The notes: generated by a model from the letters alone, not told the origin. DNA of 64,000 nucleotides from a virus (IMGVR_UViG_3300010885_014887:4464-68463); one strand, 5' to 3'; positions 1 to 13,300 are shown, counted from the stretch's first letter. Program-made: numbers and translations.

Positions 1-795
1 TTAAATCGTCAGACTCGTAAGATGGTATATCGAGTAATTCCATATATGGTACATCTTAGTAAATTAATTCCTCCTAATGTAATCCCTCCAGGTTATGCTG
101 AGATAAAGAAAACAGTATTACGTGTTTATGATTATATCTATACTGGCAAGAACACTGAGATTTTAAATCTCGAGTTAGATTTTAATGTGAGTTTCTTTTC
201 TGAATTACCTGCAGATGCTGGACGAAGGACTGGACAAAATGCTCCTAACCTTACTGGTGATGCCAGCGGAGGCGATCCTGTTACAAATCTCAATAGCACC
301 GGTACTGGCCACACTTCTGAAGTATCAACTGGGACGACATCTAATTCAAAAGAAGCATTACGTTTACCAGGAGGTGGTTCTAGTACTAATGATACGCGAA
401 CTATGCAGGTTAGAGCATTAGCAGCACTATTAGAAAATCCTGCTGATCTTGTTAGGATCACAATGACTGTTATGGGAGATCCTTATTATCTTCCTACTAG
501 CGGAATGGGAAATATAATAGTTCCACCTAAAGGTGAAAATGAATTAACTGACGGTTCTATGAATTATCAGAATGGCGAAGTTGATATTACGATTAATTTT
601 CGTACACCAGTTGATTTAGATCCTGTAACTGGATTATATAGATTTATAAAAACTGCCGATCAATTTAGTGGATTATATATGATAATAAGAGTAGAATCAA
701 AATTTAATCAAAATAAATTTACACAGACAATAACTGCAAATAAACGTTTAGCACAGTTGTCCGGCAGTCCACAGAGCGAAATAGCATTAGGATAG
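1..795 (+). CDS. 5'-truncated baseplate hub / tail protein (C-terminal part)
   Basis: Frame is open from base 1 (LNRQTRK-M...). The C-terminal pattern MTVMGDPYY...FSGLYMIIRVESKFNQNKFTQTI resembles gp27/late-control-D-like hub proteins. It lies directly upstream of the spike gene. Confidence 0.55.
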   Translation, partial: LNRQTRKMVYRVIPYMVHLSKLIPPNVIPPGYAEIKKTVLRVYDYIYTGKNTEILNLELDFNVSFFSELPADAGRRTGQNAPNLTGDASGGDPVTNLNSTGTGHTSEVSTGTTSNSKEALRLPGGGSSTNDTRTMQVRALAALLENPADLVRITMTVMGDPYYLPTSGMGNIIVPPKGENELTDGSMNYQNGEVDITINFRTPVDLDPVTGLYRFIKTADQFSGLYMIIRVESKFNQNKFTQTITANKRLAQLSGSPQSEIALG

Positions 796-807
796 ATAAG
801 GTAAAAA

Positions 808-3399
808 ATGGCAGAATCATCTAGATCACGGATAGATACATATAGAGACGGACTTTCTTCTCCGGGCCCTTATCTGGCTCGTGTAATCAATAATATCGAT
901 CCTATGCGTCAAGGATCTTTAGAAGTTGAATTATTAAGGACTATTGGTAATAGAGAAGCATCGAATCAGCAATTATTCACAGTAAAATATCTCAGTCCTT
1001 TTTATGGAACTACTGATATTATGCTAAATGGCGCCGATCCTAATGACTTTAATCACACACAAAAAAGTTACGGATTTTGGTTTGTACCTCCAGATACAGG
1101 TACACTTGTTATGGTTATATTTGTTGAAAGCGATCCTGGACAAGGGTATTGGATAGGATGTGCTCAAGACATTTACACTAATCATATGGTTCCAGGAATC
1201 GCAGGAAGTAAAGCATCATCTGAACAGACTAGGGATAGTGATGAGACAACTTGGAAAGAAGTAAAAAAATCAAAAGAGTTATACGGAACAGATTTCCTTC
1301 CAGTAGGTGAGATTAATAGGAACTCTATTAAGCAAGGTTCTACTACTATTAATCCTGAAATTGATGCTATGACTAAGCCAGTGCATCCTATAGCAAAGGT
1401 ATTATCAGATCAAGGAACTATAGGTGATACAGTACGAGGTGTACATACATCAAGTGCTAGGAGAGATACGCCAAGTAATGTTTACGGTATTAGTACTCCT
1501 GGTCCAATTGATAAAAGAACAAATGCTCAAAAGGCTAGCGTAGGTAGGGCTGATAATAAAGTTAACAAATTCATCAGTCGATTAGGCGGGCATACTATGG
1601 TCATGGATGACGGAAATGATCGGTTCTTGAGGAAATTCAAACCCGGTGAAGGTCCGCCTGAGTATGCTGATTTAGAAAAAGGTGAAACAGGAGGACTTGT
1701 TGAATTTCCCCAGGACGAGAGTTTCCGTATTAGGACCAGGACCGGTCATCAGATTCTAATGCATAATAGTGAAGATATAATCTATATTACTAACGCTAGT
1801 GGATCGGCATGGATTGAATTAACTAGCCAAGGTAAGATCGATATCTATTCATCTGATAGTGTTAGTATAAGGACAGAAGCTGATTTTAACTTTGTTGCTG
1901 ACAGAGATATTAATTTATCAGCAGGACGTAGTATTAATTTACATTCAGCATCGAGGACGAACATTAATGCGATTGATAATGTAAGCATTAGATCAGATTC
2001 TACGATATATGTTAATGCTGAAAGTAATTTACATTTAAAATCAACTGGTAAATTAATGGTCAGTGGTGATAATAGTGTTGAAATAAAAACACAAGCATTT
2101 AAGTTAGGAAGTAGTACTACAGATATTCTAACAGCAGGTGCAATACATATGACTGCTAGTGGAAATATTGAATTAAAAGGAAGTAGTACACTAATAAGTT
2201 CAGAAGGTAGCACAGAAATATTAAGTGGAATTAGCAATAAGTTAACATCATCAGATTTACATATTAATGCTTCTGGTAGTGCTCTAATAACTAGTTTCAG
2301 GACCCACTTAAGCAGTTCTGGTTCTATTATAGCAAAAGGCACTACTATTGATTTAGGATCTTCAGGTAATATTACTATTAAAAGTGGTGCTAATATAGAT
2401 TTAAATGGAGGAAATGCTGCTACTCCTGATCCTGCTGATGTAGCAAGACAAGCAAATGCTGCTACGGTTGCTTCGGGTGCTGAGTCTGCTCCGAAATTAG
2501 TATTGTTTCCAAATCCAGGTGTTGGTCAGTTAATAGTTAAGAGAGCGCCAACACAGGAACCATGGGATCATCATGAGAATCAAAATCCAGCAGGATTTAC
2601 ATTTGATCTAACAGACAGAGAATCGTCACAGATGCCTTATACTAAGGACGGACCAAAGATTGAAATACGAAGTACTGAGGATAATGAAAAAGTTCCATCT
2701 GAACAGGGAGGTAATGCCGGATACGATGGTCAATCTTCAGAAGGTGTTGCAGGTGGCGGCATTGGAAACAGTCGCAGACAATCTAAACTTCCTCCCGATT
2801 CTTCCAATTCTACTACTGAAAAGGTCAACGAAGCACAACTTGCTAAGATGCCAAGTGAATGGACTAAAGATCAAGATTTCCTCAGTGCTGTCCAGGCCCT
2901 TGCTGGTAAGATGGGATCTAAACCTATCGAATTATTAGCACTAATGTCCTTTGAATCAGCAGGAACGATGAGTCCTTCGATTACTAATAGTTTGGGATAC
3001 ACTGGTTTGATACAGTTTGGTAATTCAGCGTGTGAAACAATGTCTAAGTATTACAAGACAAGTATTACTACTGCAATGTTAAGACAGATGAGTCGTGCGC
3101 AACAGATGGAATGGGTTGACAAATACTTTAGTTATTGGATGAAAAATAAAAATGTAAAACCTCCAATGACATTGGCACAGATGTATATTTTAGTAGCACT
3201 ACCTAAATATGTCAATGCCCCAGCAAACGAAACTCTTGCAGGTCCTAACGGTCCAAATATTCCAATATGGAGAGCTAATCCAGGATGGAGAATAGGTACC
3301 GGCGATGTTATTACACGAGAATCGATTGGAAACGCTCCAAGGAAGCATATTCCTAGAGTACAGGGACTATTGGATAGAAACGGTGTAAAGTTTGAATAG
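808..3399 (+). CDS. gp5/VgrG-like baseplate spike with C-terminal lysozyme-like domain
   Basis: N-terminal OB-fold pattern (ARVINNIDPMRQGSLEV...FWFVPPDTGTLVMVIF...YWIGC), then RIRTRTGHQILM and a long S/G/I-rich beta-helix. The C-terminal ALMSFESAGTMSPSITNSLGYTGLIQF is a lysozyme/SLT-like catalytic Glu + GLxQ motif. Confidence 0.8.
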   Translation: MAESSRSRIDTYRDGLSSPGPYLARVINNIDPMRQGSLEVELLRTIGNREASNQQLFTVKYLSPFYGTTDIMLNGADPNDFNHTQKSYGFWFVPPDTGTLVMVIFVESDPGQGYWIGCAQDIYTNHMVPGIAGSKASSEQTRDSDETTWKEVKKSKELYGTDFLPVGEINRNSIKQGSTTINPEIDAMTKPVHPIAKVLSDQGTIGDTVRGVHTSSARRDTPSNVYGISTPGPIDKRTNAQKASVGRADNKVNKFISRLGGHTMVMDDGNDRFLRKFKPGEGPPEYADLEKGETGGLVEFPQDESFRIRTRTGHQILMHNSEDIIYITNASGSAWIELTSQGKIDIYSSDSVSIRTEADFNFVADRDINLSAGRSINLHSASRTNINAIDNVSIRSDSTIYVNAESNLHLKSTGKLMVSGDNSVEIKTQAFKLGSSTTDILTAGAIHMTASGNIELKGSSTLISSEGSTEILSGISNKLTSSDLHINASGSALITSFRTHLSSSGSIIAKGTTIDLGSSGNITIKSGANIDLNGGNAATPDPADVARQANAATVASGAESAPKLVLFPNPGVGQLIVKRAPTQEPWDHHENQNPAGFTFDLTDRESSQMPYTKDGPKIEIRSTEDNEKVPSEQGGNAGYDGQSSEGVAGGGIGNSRRQSKLPPDSSNSTTEKVNEAQLAKMPSEWTKDQDFLSAVQALAGKMGSKPIELLALMSFESAGTMSPSITNSLGYTGLIQFGNSACETMSKYYKTSITTAMLRQMSRAQQMEWVDKYFSYWMKNKNVKPPMTLAQMYILVALPKYVNAPANETLAGPNGPNIPIWRANPGWRIGTGDVITRESIGNAPRKHIPRVQGLLDRNGVKFE

Positions 3400-3409
3400 G
3401 AGTAGTTAA

Positions 3410-3841
3410 ATGGCAGTCCAGGGTTACAATAATCTTCAGATAGGGTCAACGAATAGTCAGAAACCTTTTCTTCCGAGGACATATAAGGGGTTCAGTACAG
3501 TTAATAGTAATTCTATTAAAGGATCTCTATATGATTTAACATTGATTAAACAAGATCTAATCAATCAATTTTATATTAGGAAGGGTGAAAAGTTAGAGAA
3601 TCCTGAGTTTGGAACTATCATATGGGATATGATTTTTGAACCATTAACTGAACAAACAAAATCATTAATAGTAAATGATGTTACTGTAATTGTTAATAGC
3701 GATCCTCGCATTAAATCGATACAAACTATTGTTACACAAGTAAAATTAGGTTTACAGATTGAATTAACTTTGATGTACGTTCCTTATAATATACAAGAAA
3801 CAATGCAGCTTACATTTGATCAATCTAACGGCATTTCTTAA
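3410..3841 (+). CDS. gp25-like baseplate wedge / sheath initiator
   Basis: LIKQDLINQFYIRKGEKLENPEFGTIIWDMIFEP...DPRI pattern, 143 aa, located between the spike and wedge genes; GGAG RBS upstream. Confidence 0.85.
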   Translation: MAVQGYNNLQIGSTNSQKPFLPRTYKGFSTVNSNSIKGSLYDLTLIKQDLINQFYIRKGEKLENPEFGTIIWDMIFEPLTEQTKSLIVNDVTVIVNSDPRIKSIQTIVTQVKLGLQIELTLMYVPYNIQETMQLTFDQSNGIS

Positions 3842-3893
3842 TAAAATACCATATTTTAATTAAAATAAATAAACTAAACGGGGTATGTGATCG

Positions 3894-6800
3894 ATGTCAA
3901 TAACTGGTCGTCAAAATAATTTATTTCTAGCAGAGGATTGGAAAAAAATATACCAATCCTTTAAAAATTCTAACTTCGCTAGCTATGATTTTGAAAATCT
4001 GCGTAGAGTGATGATTGCGTATCTTAGAGAAAATTATCCAGAGGATTTTAATGATTACATCGAGTCTAGTGAATATATCGCTCTAATTGATCTTATTGCA
4101 TTCCTTGGACAAAGTTTAGCATTCCGTATCGATCTTAATGCTCGTGAGAACTTTTTAGAATTAGCAGAGCGTAGAGAAAGCATTTTAAGGCTCGCTCAAT
4201 TAATAAGTTATAATCCTAAGCGTAGTATCTGTGGTAGTGGATTGCTTAAAGTTGAGTCTATTTCTACTACTGAAATGATTATTGATTCAACAGGACGTAA
4301 TTTACAAAACATTGAAGTAGTATGGAATGATATAACTAATACCAATTGGTTTGATCAGTTTATTAAAGTTGTTAATGCGTCAATGGTAGAAAATATGGAA
4401 TTTGGATTACCCGGACCTAGTGATTGGGTTGATGGTATCTGGTCCGAACAATATAAGATTAATAGTGTTATAAATGACTTACCAATCTTTCCATTTAGTA
4501 AAACAATAGACGGAAAATCATTTTCATTTGAGACTACAAGCACTGTAGTAAGCAAAGATCAGATAACAGGATATAGTACAATACAGGAAGACACTCCATT
4601 GCATGGTAATAGTGTTTCCTTTATATATAGAGATGACTTGTCTGGATATGGTAGTAACAATACTGGATTTTTCTTCCATTTCCGTCAGGGTGACCTTCAT
4701 ACTCAAGATTTTACATTAACAACTCCGACTACTAATCAGATAGTTAGTATAAGTGATAAAAATATTAACAATGACGATGTTTGGTTATATTCATTATCAA
4801 ACACTGATATTGAAAATTCAAGTAACTTATGGACCAAAGTATCTGCCATTACTGGAAATAATATTATCTATAATAGTATTTCTAAAACAATTAAAAACAT
4901 CTATAGTGTACAGACATCAACTGACGATTCAGTTAATTTAATATTTGCCGATGGCATCTTTGGTAATTTACCAAAAGGATCTTTCCGTTGTTATTATAGA
5001 ACATCTAACGGCATATCATACACGATTAATCCAAAAGATATGAGAGGAATAGTTATTAGTATTCCTTATACTTCAGCAACTGGTTCTTTAGAAACTATTA
5101 GATTTGTTGCTTCTCTTAAGTCTTCAGTGACAAATGCTACAGCGGCTGAAACTAACGATGAGATTAGATTAAGAGCTCCTTCAACATATTATACTCAAAA
5201 TAGAATGATCACTGGTGAAGATTATAATTTAGCACCACTTAGTGTTAGTCAGAACATAGCAAAAATAAAATCAATCAACCGCACTTCTAGCGGCATTAGT
5301 AGGAATTTTGATATTGTTGATGCTACTGGAAATTATAGTACTACATCGACTTTTTGTACAGACGGTATAATTTATAGAGAACCTATACAAAATCAACTTG
5401 AATTTAAATTCAATTCTAGAACTGACATTGAATCAATAATAACTAATAAGATTGAACCTATAACTAAGATGCCAATGATACGTGATTTTTATTATCGATA
5501 TTATAGTAAAACTAATCTATCTAACCCGTATCCTATTTTTACACAAGTAACATCTAGTTATAACGAATCAACTGGTTATTTAAAAAATAATATTGGTACT
5601 GTAATTAAGATAGGATCATTTACAGGAGACACTGTAAAATATATTGAACCCGGTGCTTTAGTTAAATTCACAGCTCCAACAGGAAAGTCATTTAAAAAAG
5701 GTAAGTTAGTAACAACAGTTCCTACAGATCCTGATCAGACTGATTTTATATGGACTAAGGTAGTATCAGTAGTAGGTGATGGAACTGCAAATGCTCTGGG
5801 TATTTTGCCAACTAAAATTGGTCCATTAGTGTTCAATGTTAATATCCCAACAGGTTCATTAGTATCACAGATCATACCTAAATTTTTAGGATACATTCCA
5901 ACTGACATACAGTCACTAATGATGGATCTAATTTTCAATTATAAGAATTTTGGATTAAGATATGACATAACAACAAGAACTTGGAATATTATACAACAGA
6001 GAAACTTAAATCTTTATGAAAGTTGGAATTATTCGGCCTCGGGAGACAATTCAGGAACTAACCAAGATAAGAGTTGGATTTTTGCATTTGAAACTAATGG
6101 TGAGAAATATACAGTGACTTATAGAGGATTGGAATATTACTTTGAATCAATAAAAGAAAATCGCTTTTTCTTTGATGGAACGAGAAAAGTATATGATAGT
6201 TCTACTGGTAAAGTACAAAAAGATAAAGTTTCAATATTAAAAGTTAATCCAAAACCCAATACTCTATATGGGTTAGGCGCTGATTATCCTTGGCAGATTA
6301 TAGGTAATACTATTGAAAATGATGGATATATTAGTAGTAAAGCAGTAAAGATTACATTCTGGGATGATAATGATGACAACATCGTTGATAACCCTGAAGC
6401 ATTTGATATAGTGGTTAATCCAACTGCTACTGTTGAAATAGGAGGTAAATCTTATTTAAAGAATTTTATTTTCTTTGAAAAATATACTACTAACAATTAT
6501 GTAGAAGATTATAGATATGTTTCTAATGAAACTGATATGTTTATAATTAGAGATTCTGAAAATTCAGTAACTGATTTATCATCCTACACTGATGGACAAT
6601 TATTTTATTTTTATGAAAGTGATACTGTAAAGAAATTCAATAAAGCCTCAATGAAACTAACTGTAACTTTAGATTACTATGCAGTTATAGGAAGACAGGG
6701 TATATATTTCCATTACTTACATAACGCAGAATCAACTACTAGAATTGATCCAAGTTCTACAAATATAATTGATTTATATCTTTTAACTAAAGATTATGAT

Positions 6801-7379
6801 ACAACATATCGTCAATATCTTAGTGGAGCAATTGAATCGGCACCGTTACCTCCAAGTAGTACTAGTTTAAGATTAACATATGGTAAAAATCTTGAAAATA
6901 TTAAAAGTGTTAGTGATGATTTAATTTATCATCCTGTTAATTATAAAGTATTATTTGGATCAACTGCTGATCCTAAATTACAAGCATCTTTTAAAGTAGT
7001 CAAGAATAATGAACAGGTTATAACTGATAATGATATCAAGACTAGAATAATTATATCTATTAATGAATTTTTTAGATTAGATAATTGGGATTTTGGAGAT
7101 ACTTTTTACTTTACTGAACTATCTACATATGTAATGAATAAAGTTTCACCGTTTATTACAACATTTGTTATTGTTCCTACAAACAGCCATCAAGTATATG
7201 GTAGTTTACAACAGATAACATCATCACCGAATGAGATATTTATTAGTGGTGCAACTGTTAGTGATATTGAGATAATACCAGCAATAACTGCTTCAAGATT
7301 AAAGACATCAGGTTACATAGTAACTACATCGTTAAGTGAAGTTAATACTACAAGCATACAAAGTTCTACAAATTATTAA
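3894..7379 (+). CDS. gp6-like baseplate wedge subunit (jumbo-phage type, 1161 aa)
   Basis: SYDFENLRRVMIAYLRENYPEDFNDYIESSEYIALIDLIAFLGQ...ENFLELAERRESILRLA; LIFADGIFGNLP; AETNDEIRLRAP...QNRMITGEDY (gp6/baseplate-J motifs). Confidence 0.85.
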   Translation: MSITGRQNNLFLAEDWKKIYQSFKNSNFASYDFENLRRVMIAYLRENYPEDFNDYIESSEYIALIDLIAFLGQSLAFRIDLNARENFLELAERRESILRLAQLISYNPKRSICGSGLLKVESISTTEMIIDSTGRNLQNIEVVWNDITNTNWFDQFIKVVNASMVENMEFGLPGPSDWVDGIWSEQYKINSVINDLPIFPFSKTIDGKSFSFETTSTVVSKDQITGYSTIQEDTPLHGNSVSFIYRDDLSGYGSNNTGFFFHFRQGDLHTQDFTLTTPTTNQIVSISDKNINNDDVWLYSLSNTDIENSSNLWTKVSAITGNNIIYNSISKTIKNIYSVQTSTDDSVNLIFADGIFGNLPKGSFRCYYRTSNGISYTINPKDMRGIVISIPYTSATGSLETIRFVASLKSSVTNATAAETNDEIRLRAPSTYYTQNRMITGEDYNLAPLSVSQNIAKIKSINRTSSGISRNFDIVDATGNYSTTSTFCTDGIIYREPIQNQLEFKFNSRTDIESIITNKIEPITKMPMIRDFYYRYYSKTNLSNPYPIFTQVTSSYNESTGYLKNNIGTVIKIGSFTGDTVKYIEPGALVKFTAPTGKSFKKGKLVTTVPTDPDQTDFIWTKVVSVVGDGTANALGILPTKIGPLVFNVNIPTGSLVSQIIPKFLGYIPTDIQSLMMDLIFNYKNFGLRYDITTRTWNIIQQRNLNLYESWNYSASGDNSGTNQDKSWIFAFETNGEKYTVTYRGLEYYFESIKENRFFFDGTRKVYDSSTGKVQKDKVSILKVNPKPNTLYGLGADYPWQIIGNTIENDGYISSKAVKITFWDDNDDNIVDNPEAFDIVVNPTATVEIGGKSYLKNFIFFEKYTTNNYVEDYRYVSNETDMFIIRDSENSVTDLSSYTDGQLFYFYESDTVKKFNKASMKLTVTLDYYAVIGRQGIYFHYLHNAESTTRIDPSSTNIIDLYLLTKDYDTTYRQYLSGAIESAPLPPSSTSLRLTYGKNLENIKSVSDDLIYHPVNYKVLFGSTADPKLQASFKVVKNNEQVITDNDIKTRIIISINEFFRLDNWDFGDTFYFTELSTYVMNKVSPFITTFVIVPTNSHQVYGSLQQITSSPNEIFISGATVSDIEIIPAITASRLKTSGYIVTTSLSEVNTTSIQSSTNY

Positions 7380-7398
7380 ATGGAGTTTTTACAGATAA

Positions 7399-10300
7399 AT
7401 GGCTCAGAATAATCAAGATGAATTTCCACTTACTACAGGGTTAGAAAGTCAGATTAAGAGACAGACTGCCCGTCATCTTCCTAATTTTTTTCGTACGGAT
7501 CCTAATAAAAAATTCTTAGGAGGAACATTAGATCCTCTAACTCAACCTGGAAAATTGACTAGAATTAATTCTTACATTGGTCGTAAAGATATTCCAAATT
7601 ATGAATTTACTGACAATTATATAGAAGAAGATACAACTGCTAGACAATCTTATCAGTTAGAGCCCTCATTTGTTCACGATGACATTGTTACTGGTAACGT
7701 TGAGTGGTATGCTGATTACAACGATTACATCAATAGTTTAAAGTATTTTGGAGTATTTACTGGCAATCATAGCAACTTAAACAAGAGTGAAGCATATTCA
7801 TGGGATCCACATATTGATTGGGATAAATTTGTAAATTATAAAGAATACTATTGGCTTCCAAATGGTCCTGATCCTATTACTGTATATGGTGAGAAAGAAA
7901 CAATTGTCTCACAGTATACAGTAACAAGTCGAAAAGACGATGACAATGTGGCTTACATATTTTCTCCAGATGGCCTTAGCGTTAATCCGTTACTAACTCT
8001 TTATAGAGGACAGACTTATAATTTTACAATTGATGCTAAAGGAGCACCATTTTGTATTAAAACTAAACCTGAAGTAGGACCAAGTTATTTTTATAATACA
8101 GGTGTTAATTTACAATCAGTTGAAAGTGGTAAATTAATATTCACAGTTCCACTAGAAGCACCGTCTCTTCTTTTTTATATGAATTCTAAAGATGCTAATA
8201 CTGTAGGTATTATTGAGATTAAAGATATTGTTGAAGCTACTCATCTTGATGTTGAAGCATCTATTATTGGCATGAAAACAGTTTCTATTATGAAGACTGA
8301 CGTTAATCCGTCAGGAACTGAACTTATAAATGGTCTTAAACTTAAATTTTCCGGAAATGTATTACCTGAGAAATATGCTACTGGATATTGGTATGTTGAA
8401 GGTGTTGGAAGTAAGATTAAGTTAATAAATTCAACAGATTTAGATAGTCCTCTTACATACGGCAATACAGTAGAAGCACCGTTTGATGCACAACCTTTTG
8501 ATTCGTATCCTTGGGAGACAGCAGAAAATTATTCAGGAACTAAAGACTATATCCTAATTAACAGAGCCTCTAAGGATAGAAACAATTGGTCTAGAAATAA
8601 CAGATGGTTCCATATTAATGTTATTAATACTACTTCAGCAGCCAATAATCGAGTTTCTCTATTTGCTCAATCACAGAGAGCAATACGACCCATTATTGAG
8701 TTTGCTTCAGATATAAAACTTTTCAATAATGGTTGGATCGCAAAACAAGATGTTGATCTTATAGATACGATCACAACAGATGTATTCTCAACAATTGAAG
8801 GGAAAATTGAATATTGGATTGATGAAGAAAAAGTTTATCCAGGGTATCGAATTTTATTTACTGCCGATACTGATACAACAGTTGTTGGTAGAATATTCCA
8901 AGTAGTGAATATTTTTAATGCTAATGAGAATAAGAATCAACTTTCTTTACAGAGTGTTAGCGATTCTGAACCATTAGACGGTGAAGTAGTATATGCAAGA
9001 AAAGGATCTGTTAATAAGGGAAATTCTTATTACTATCAAGACGGTGTTTGGTCAAAATCACAGATCAAAAATGCATTAAATCAGACACCATTATTTGATT
9101 TATTTGACGAATCTTATAACAGTTACTCAGATAAAATAAACTATCCATTTAGTACATTTTCTGGAAATAAGATTTTTAGTTATGCGATTGGTACCGGAAA
9201 ATCTGATACTGAATTAGGATTTTCATTAGCATATCGTGCTATTGACAATGTTGGAGATATTGAGTTCTCTTTCGATTTACAGAAAGAATCTTGGATATAT
9301 CAAGAAAATAATATAATAACTTCTGTAAATTCATATGAAGGATTTTTTAGGAAACTAAACGATAACAATACATTTTCATACTCAAATGGATGGGTTAGGA
9401 CATATAAGAATCTAGAACAACCTGTAGTAAGAGTATTAAAAGTTACTAAAGTAACAGATTTAATTCCAATTGATGTATATAACGAAAGTGCTAACCTAAC
9501 TGATTTATCAGTTAGAGTATATGTTGCTAAGACAGACGGTGTTCTTAAGAAAGTAGAACCATCAACGATATCTTTTGAAAAAATCAACGGATTTTATTAT
9601 ATAAAGTTTGCTTCATCGTTAGAAATTGGTAATAGGGTTGTATATAAAGTTAAATCAACTTCTAATAAAAATGCTAGAGGTTATTATGAAATTCCTCATA
9701 ACTGGCAAAACAACCCATTGAATGAAACTGTAGATTCTTTTACTTTTGGAGAAGTAATTGATCATGTTAGTACGATAATTGATAACATATTACCATTCAG
9801 TGGTAACTTTCCAGGAATTAGCAATTTAGCCAGCCTTGGATCAATATCACATTATGGACAGAGATTCTTACAACATGCAGGATCGATGCCACTAGCAACT
9901 TTTGTACTAACTGATAAACATGCTAATATAATAAAATCTTTACGTTACACTGCTAAAAAATATACATCGTTTAAAAAAGAATTTGTTCGTTTAGCAACTA
10001 ATACAGGAGTAGATGGTACTCCAGCAGAGATTGTTGATTCAATATTAAATGGATACACTACTGCGAAAAGTTTTGATCAATCTGCATTTTTCTATTCAGA
10101 TATGGCTGCTTCTGGTGCTGCTTCAGTTAGAAATTATACAGTAAACGATCCTAGGCTTCCTGTATTTGTTATTGATAAAATTTTTACACCAATGACATCT
10201 GACAAGAGGCAGATACTGATATACGTTAATGATGATCAATTATTATATGGTATAGATTATGAATTTGAAACAGTTGATGCATTTGTTAGAATTTTATCTC

Positions 10301-13300
10301 CATTAAAGATTGGAGACAAGATTTTAATTAAAGACTACATCAATACTGACGGACGCTCATATATTCCATTTACTCCATCGAAACTTGGATTATTTCCAAG
10401 TTATGTCCCACGTATATATGTCGATGACACATATGTTACTCCGACTAAGGTTATACAAGGGCATGATGGAAGCATAACTGTAGCTTATAACGATTATCGT
10501 GACGATGTTATACTTGAATTAGAAAAAAGGATATTTAATTCTCGTAAAGTTAATTATGATCCTTTAATGTTTAACATTGACGATGTTATGGGAGGATATT
10601 ATCGAAAAACTGATTTTTCTAATGGTGAAGTTAATAACCTCCTGTTAAATGATTTCTTAAGATGGAATTCTGTAGCAGATTTAAATCTTAACAGTAACGA
10701 TTATTATGTTGAAGAAAACTCATTTACTTACAATTATAATTCTTCTCTAACACCAAATAGCAACGAGTCACTCTACGGATATTGGAGAGGTATTTACAAA
10801 TATTTCTATGACACTGATCGTCCGCATACTTGTCCATGGGAGATGCAAGGATTTACTATTAAACCTAAGTGGTGGGATAGTGTATATGGAGAAGCACCAT
10901 ATACTAGTGAAAATCGAATAATGTGGGATAATATTGAAAAAGGATTAATTGCCGATCCTGCCTATCTTAGAATAAATCTTAGATATACTAGATCCGGATT
11001 AAAAAATTATATCCCAGTAAATGCCGATGGTGATCTCCTTAGCCCATTAGACAGTAGTCTTGCACAAGCGTTTTCATTAATCACTGCTAGAAACGACTAT
11101 TCATTTTCTGATCAAGCACCTGTTGAGACAGCATGGCGCCGCTCAAGTGAATTTCCTTATTCAGTAATTTCAACAATGTGTCTTTTAAGAGGATCTGAAT
11201 TTATTGGAAAGATGTGGGATAGATTTACTATTAAGAGGAACATTGCTGGTCAGATATATTCAACTAAAACTGGATTAAAGATACAACCTTCAAAACTTAC
11301 ATTTCCAAATCAGACCGATCCAACGAATCCAAATGACCCAACTGCGCTAGTAACAGTTACCTCAGGATTAGTTAATTTTATTGAAGAATATCTTTTTGAT
11401 GCAAAGTATACAAACACTGATGTATATAAAGATAATATAAAATCATTAGATTCTAAGTTATCTTATCGAATAGGAGGATTTACAAGCAAGGAACAGATTA
11501 GCGTCTTGCTTGATAGTCGTAGCCCAAATGCTACAGGCACTATATTCCTTCCTAACGAAAACTATAAGATTTTTTACAATAAGAGTTCACCGGTTGATAC
11601 TATTACCTATAGTGGTGTTGTTATTGAAAAAGTAGGTACTTCTTATCCGTTATGGGTTTCTGGTTATAGATATCGTGCTAATGATCATGTTACTTTCCAA
11701 AGTGAAATATACCGTTGTCTATCAACTCATGTTAGTAATAATTCACTTGTTCTTGATTCTATCGCAAAATTTAACCAAGACAGCCAATATTGGATTAAAT
11801 CAACTACTCAACGGATTGGATATAAAGTTAGAGGTTATGATTCTGAAAAGAATTACTTTGAGATTTTTGGATATCGAAAAAACAATAATGATCCAGTAAT
11901 GAATGTTGGTGGAATATCGGAATCTTATGTACAGTGGGAAACTAATAGATATTACAATAAAGATCAGATCGTTAAAACAAATGATAATACTTTCTATAAG
12001 GCAAAGTATAGTCATACTGCATCAACATCAAATTTCAATACAGATTTATCTAAGTGGACTCTATTAGCTAAACTTCCAATTGTTGGCGGAACTTCAGCAA
12101 TACGTAGGACACAGTTTGGTGATAACCCGATCAAGATTAATTACGGAACTATACTTTCGACAGTACAAGAAGTAGTTGATTTTCTAGTTGGATATCAAAG
12201 AAGATTGGAATATTGGGGATTTAGTTTTGATGAGTATAGTAAAGAATTAGATGTTCCATTAACTTGGGTAACAAGTGCTAAGGAATTTATGTTCTGGACA
12301 TTACAGAATTGGGCCGCCGGATCAGTCATAACGCTAAGTCCCGCATCAAATAAAATATCATTTTCGCCGCTAGTTAAAGGATCAATAGATAATACAGATA
12401 CTGATTTTTATGATTATAGTATCTTTAAAGCTGACGGTGCACCTCTCAAGGCAGACTTAACTGATATCTATAGAGAAGGCTCAGGTTTTGTTATTAAACC
12501 TTCTGATCAGACTAACGATGGTATATTCCATATTAGAACTAATTTAGTATATAAAGAACATGTTATCTTATTTGATAATAGATCAATATTCAATGATGTG
12601 CTTTATGATAAAGTTCCTGGCTATCGACAGGGTCGACTAAAGATTCTTGGATATAAAACAATGGATTGGGACGGTAGTTATGTCAGTCCAGGATTTATGT
12701 ATGATGATGCTAAAATAAAAGATTGGCAACCAAATACAGATTATATGATTGGTGATGTAGTTAAATTTAAGAGTTATTATTTTAGTGCTTTAGTAAATGT
12801 ATTAGGTAAAGTTGAATTTAGTTATATGGATGGAAATTGGAAACAATTAGAGTCCGCTCCAGTCGCAGGATTGATTCCTAACTTTGATTATAAGACTGAA
12901 CAATTCCGAGATTTCTATAGTTTAGATGCTAGTAACTTTGATTCAAATCAAGAAGCATTAGCAAGGCATCTTATAGGTTATCAACCACGACAGTACCTAG
13001 CTAATATTATTAATGATGAAGTTTCGCAATATAAATTTTATCAGGGATTTATTAAAGAGAAAGGTACTTTAAACAGTATAACTAAATTGTTTGATGTATT
13101 ACGTGCTAGTGGTTTTGGTAATATTGATATTAAAGAAGAGTGGGCATTCAAGGTAGGAGAATTTGGTGCTACTGATGCATATTCTGAAATTGAATTTGCA
13201 TTAGATGAAGAGAAGTTTTTACATAATCCTCAAAATATTAATCTAACAGAAAATCCTTTAGATTTTTCTGATCTATCAATATATAATATAACTTCGAATG

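Noticed and set aside
808-7379. Bacterial T6SS/eCIS locus
   Set aside because: Jumbo-phage-type gp6, the giant baseplate protein, collar fibres, late-like promoters and thyX indicate a phage.
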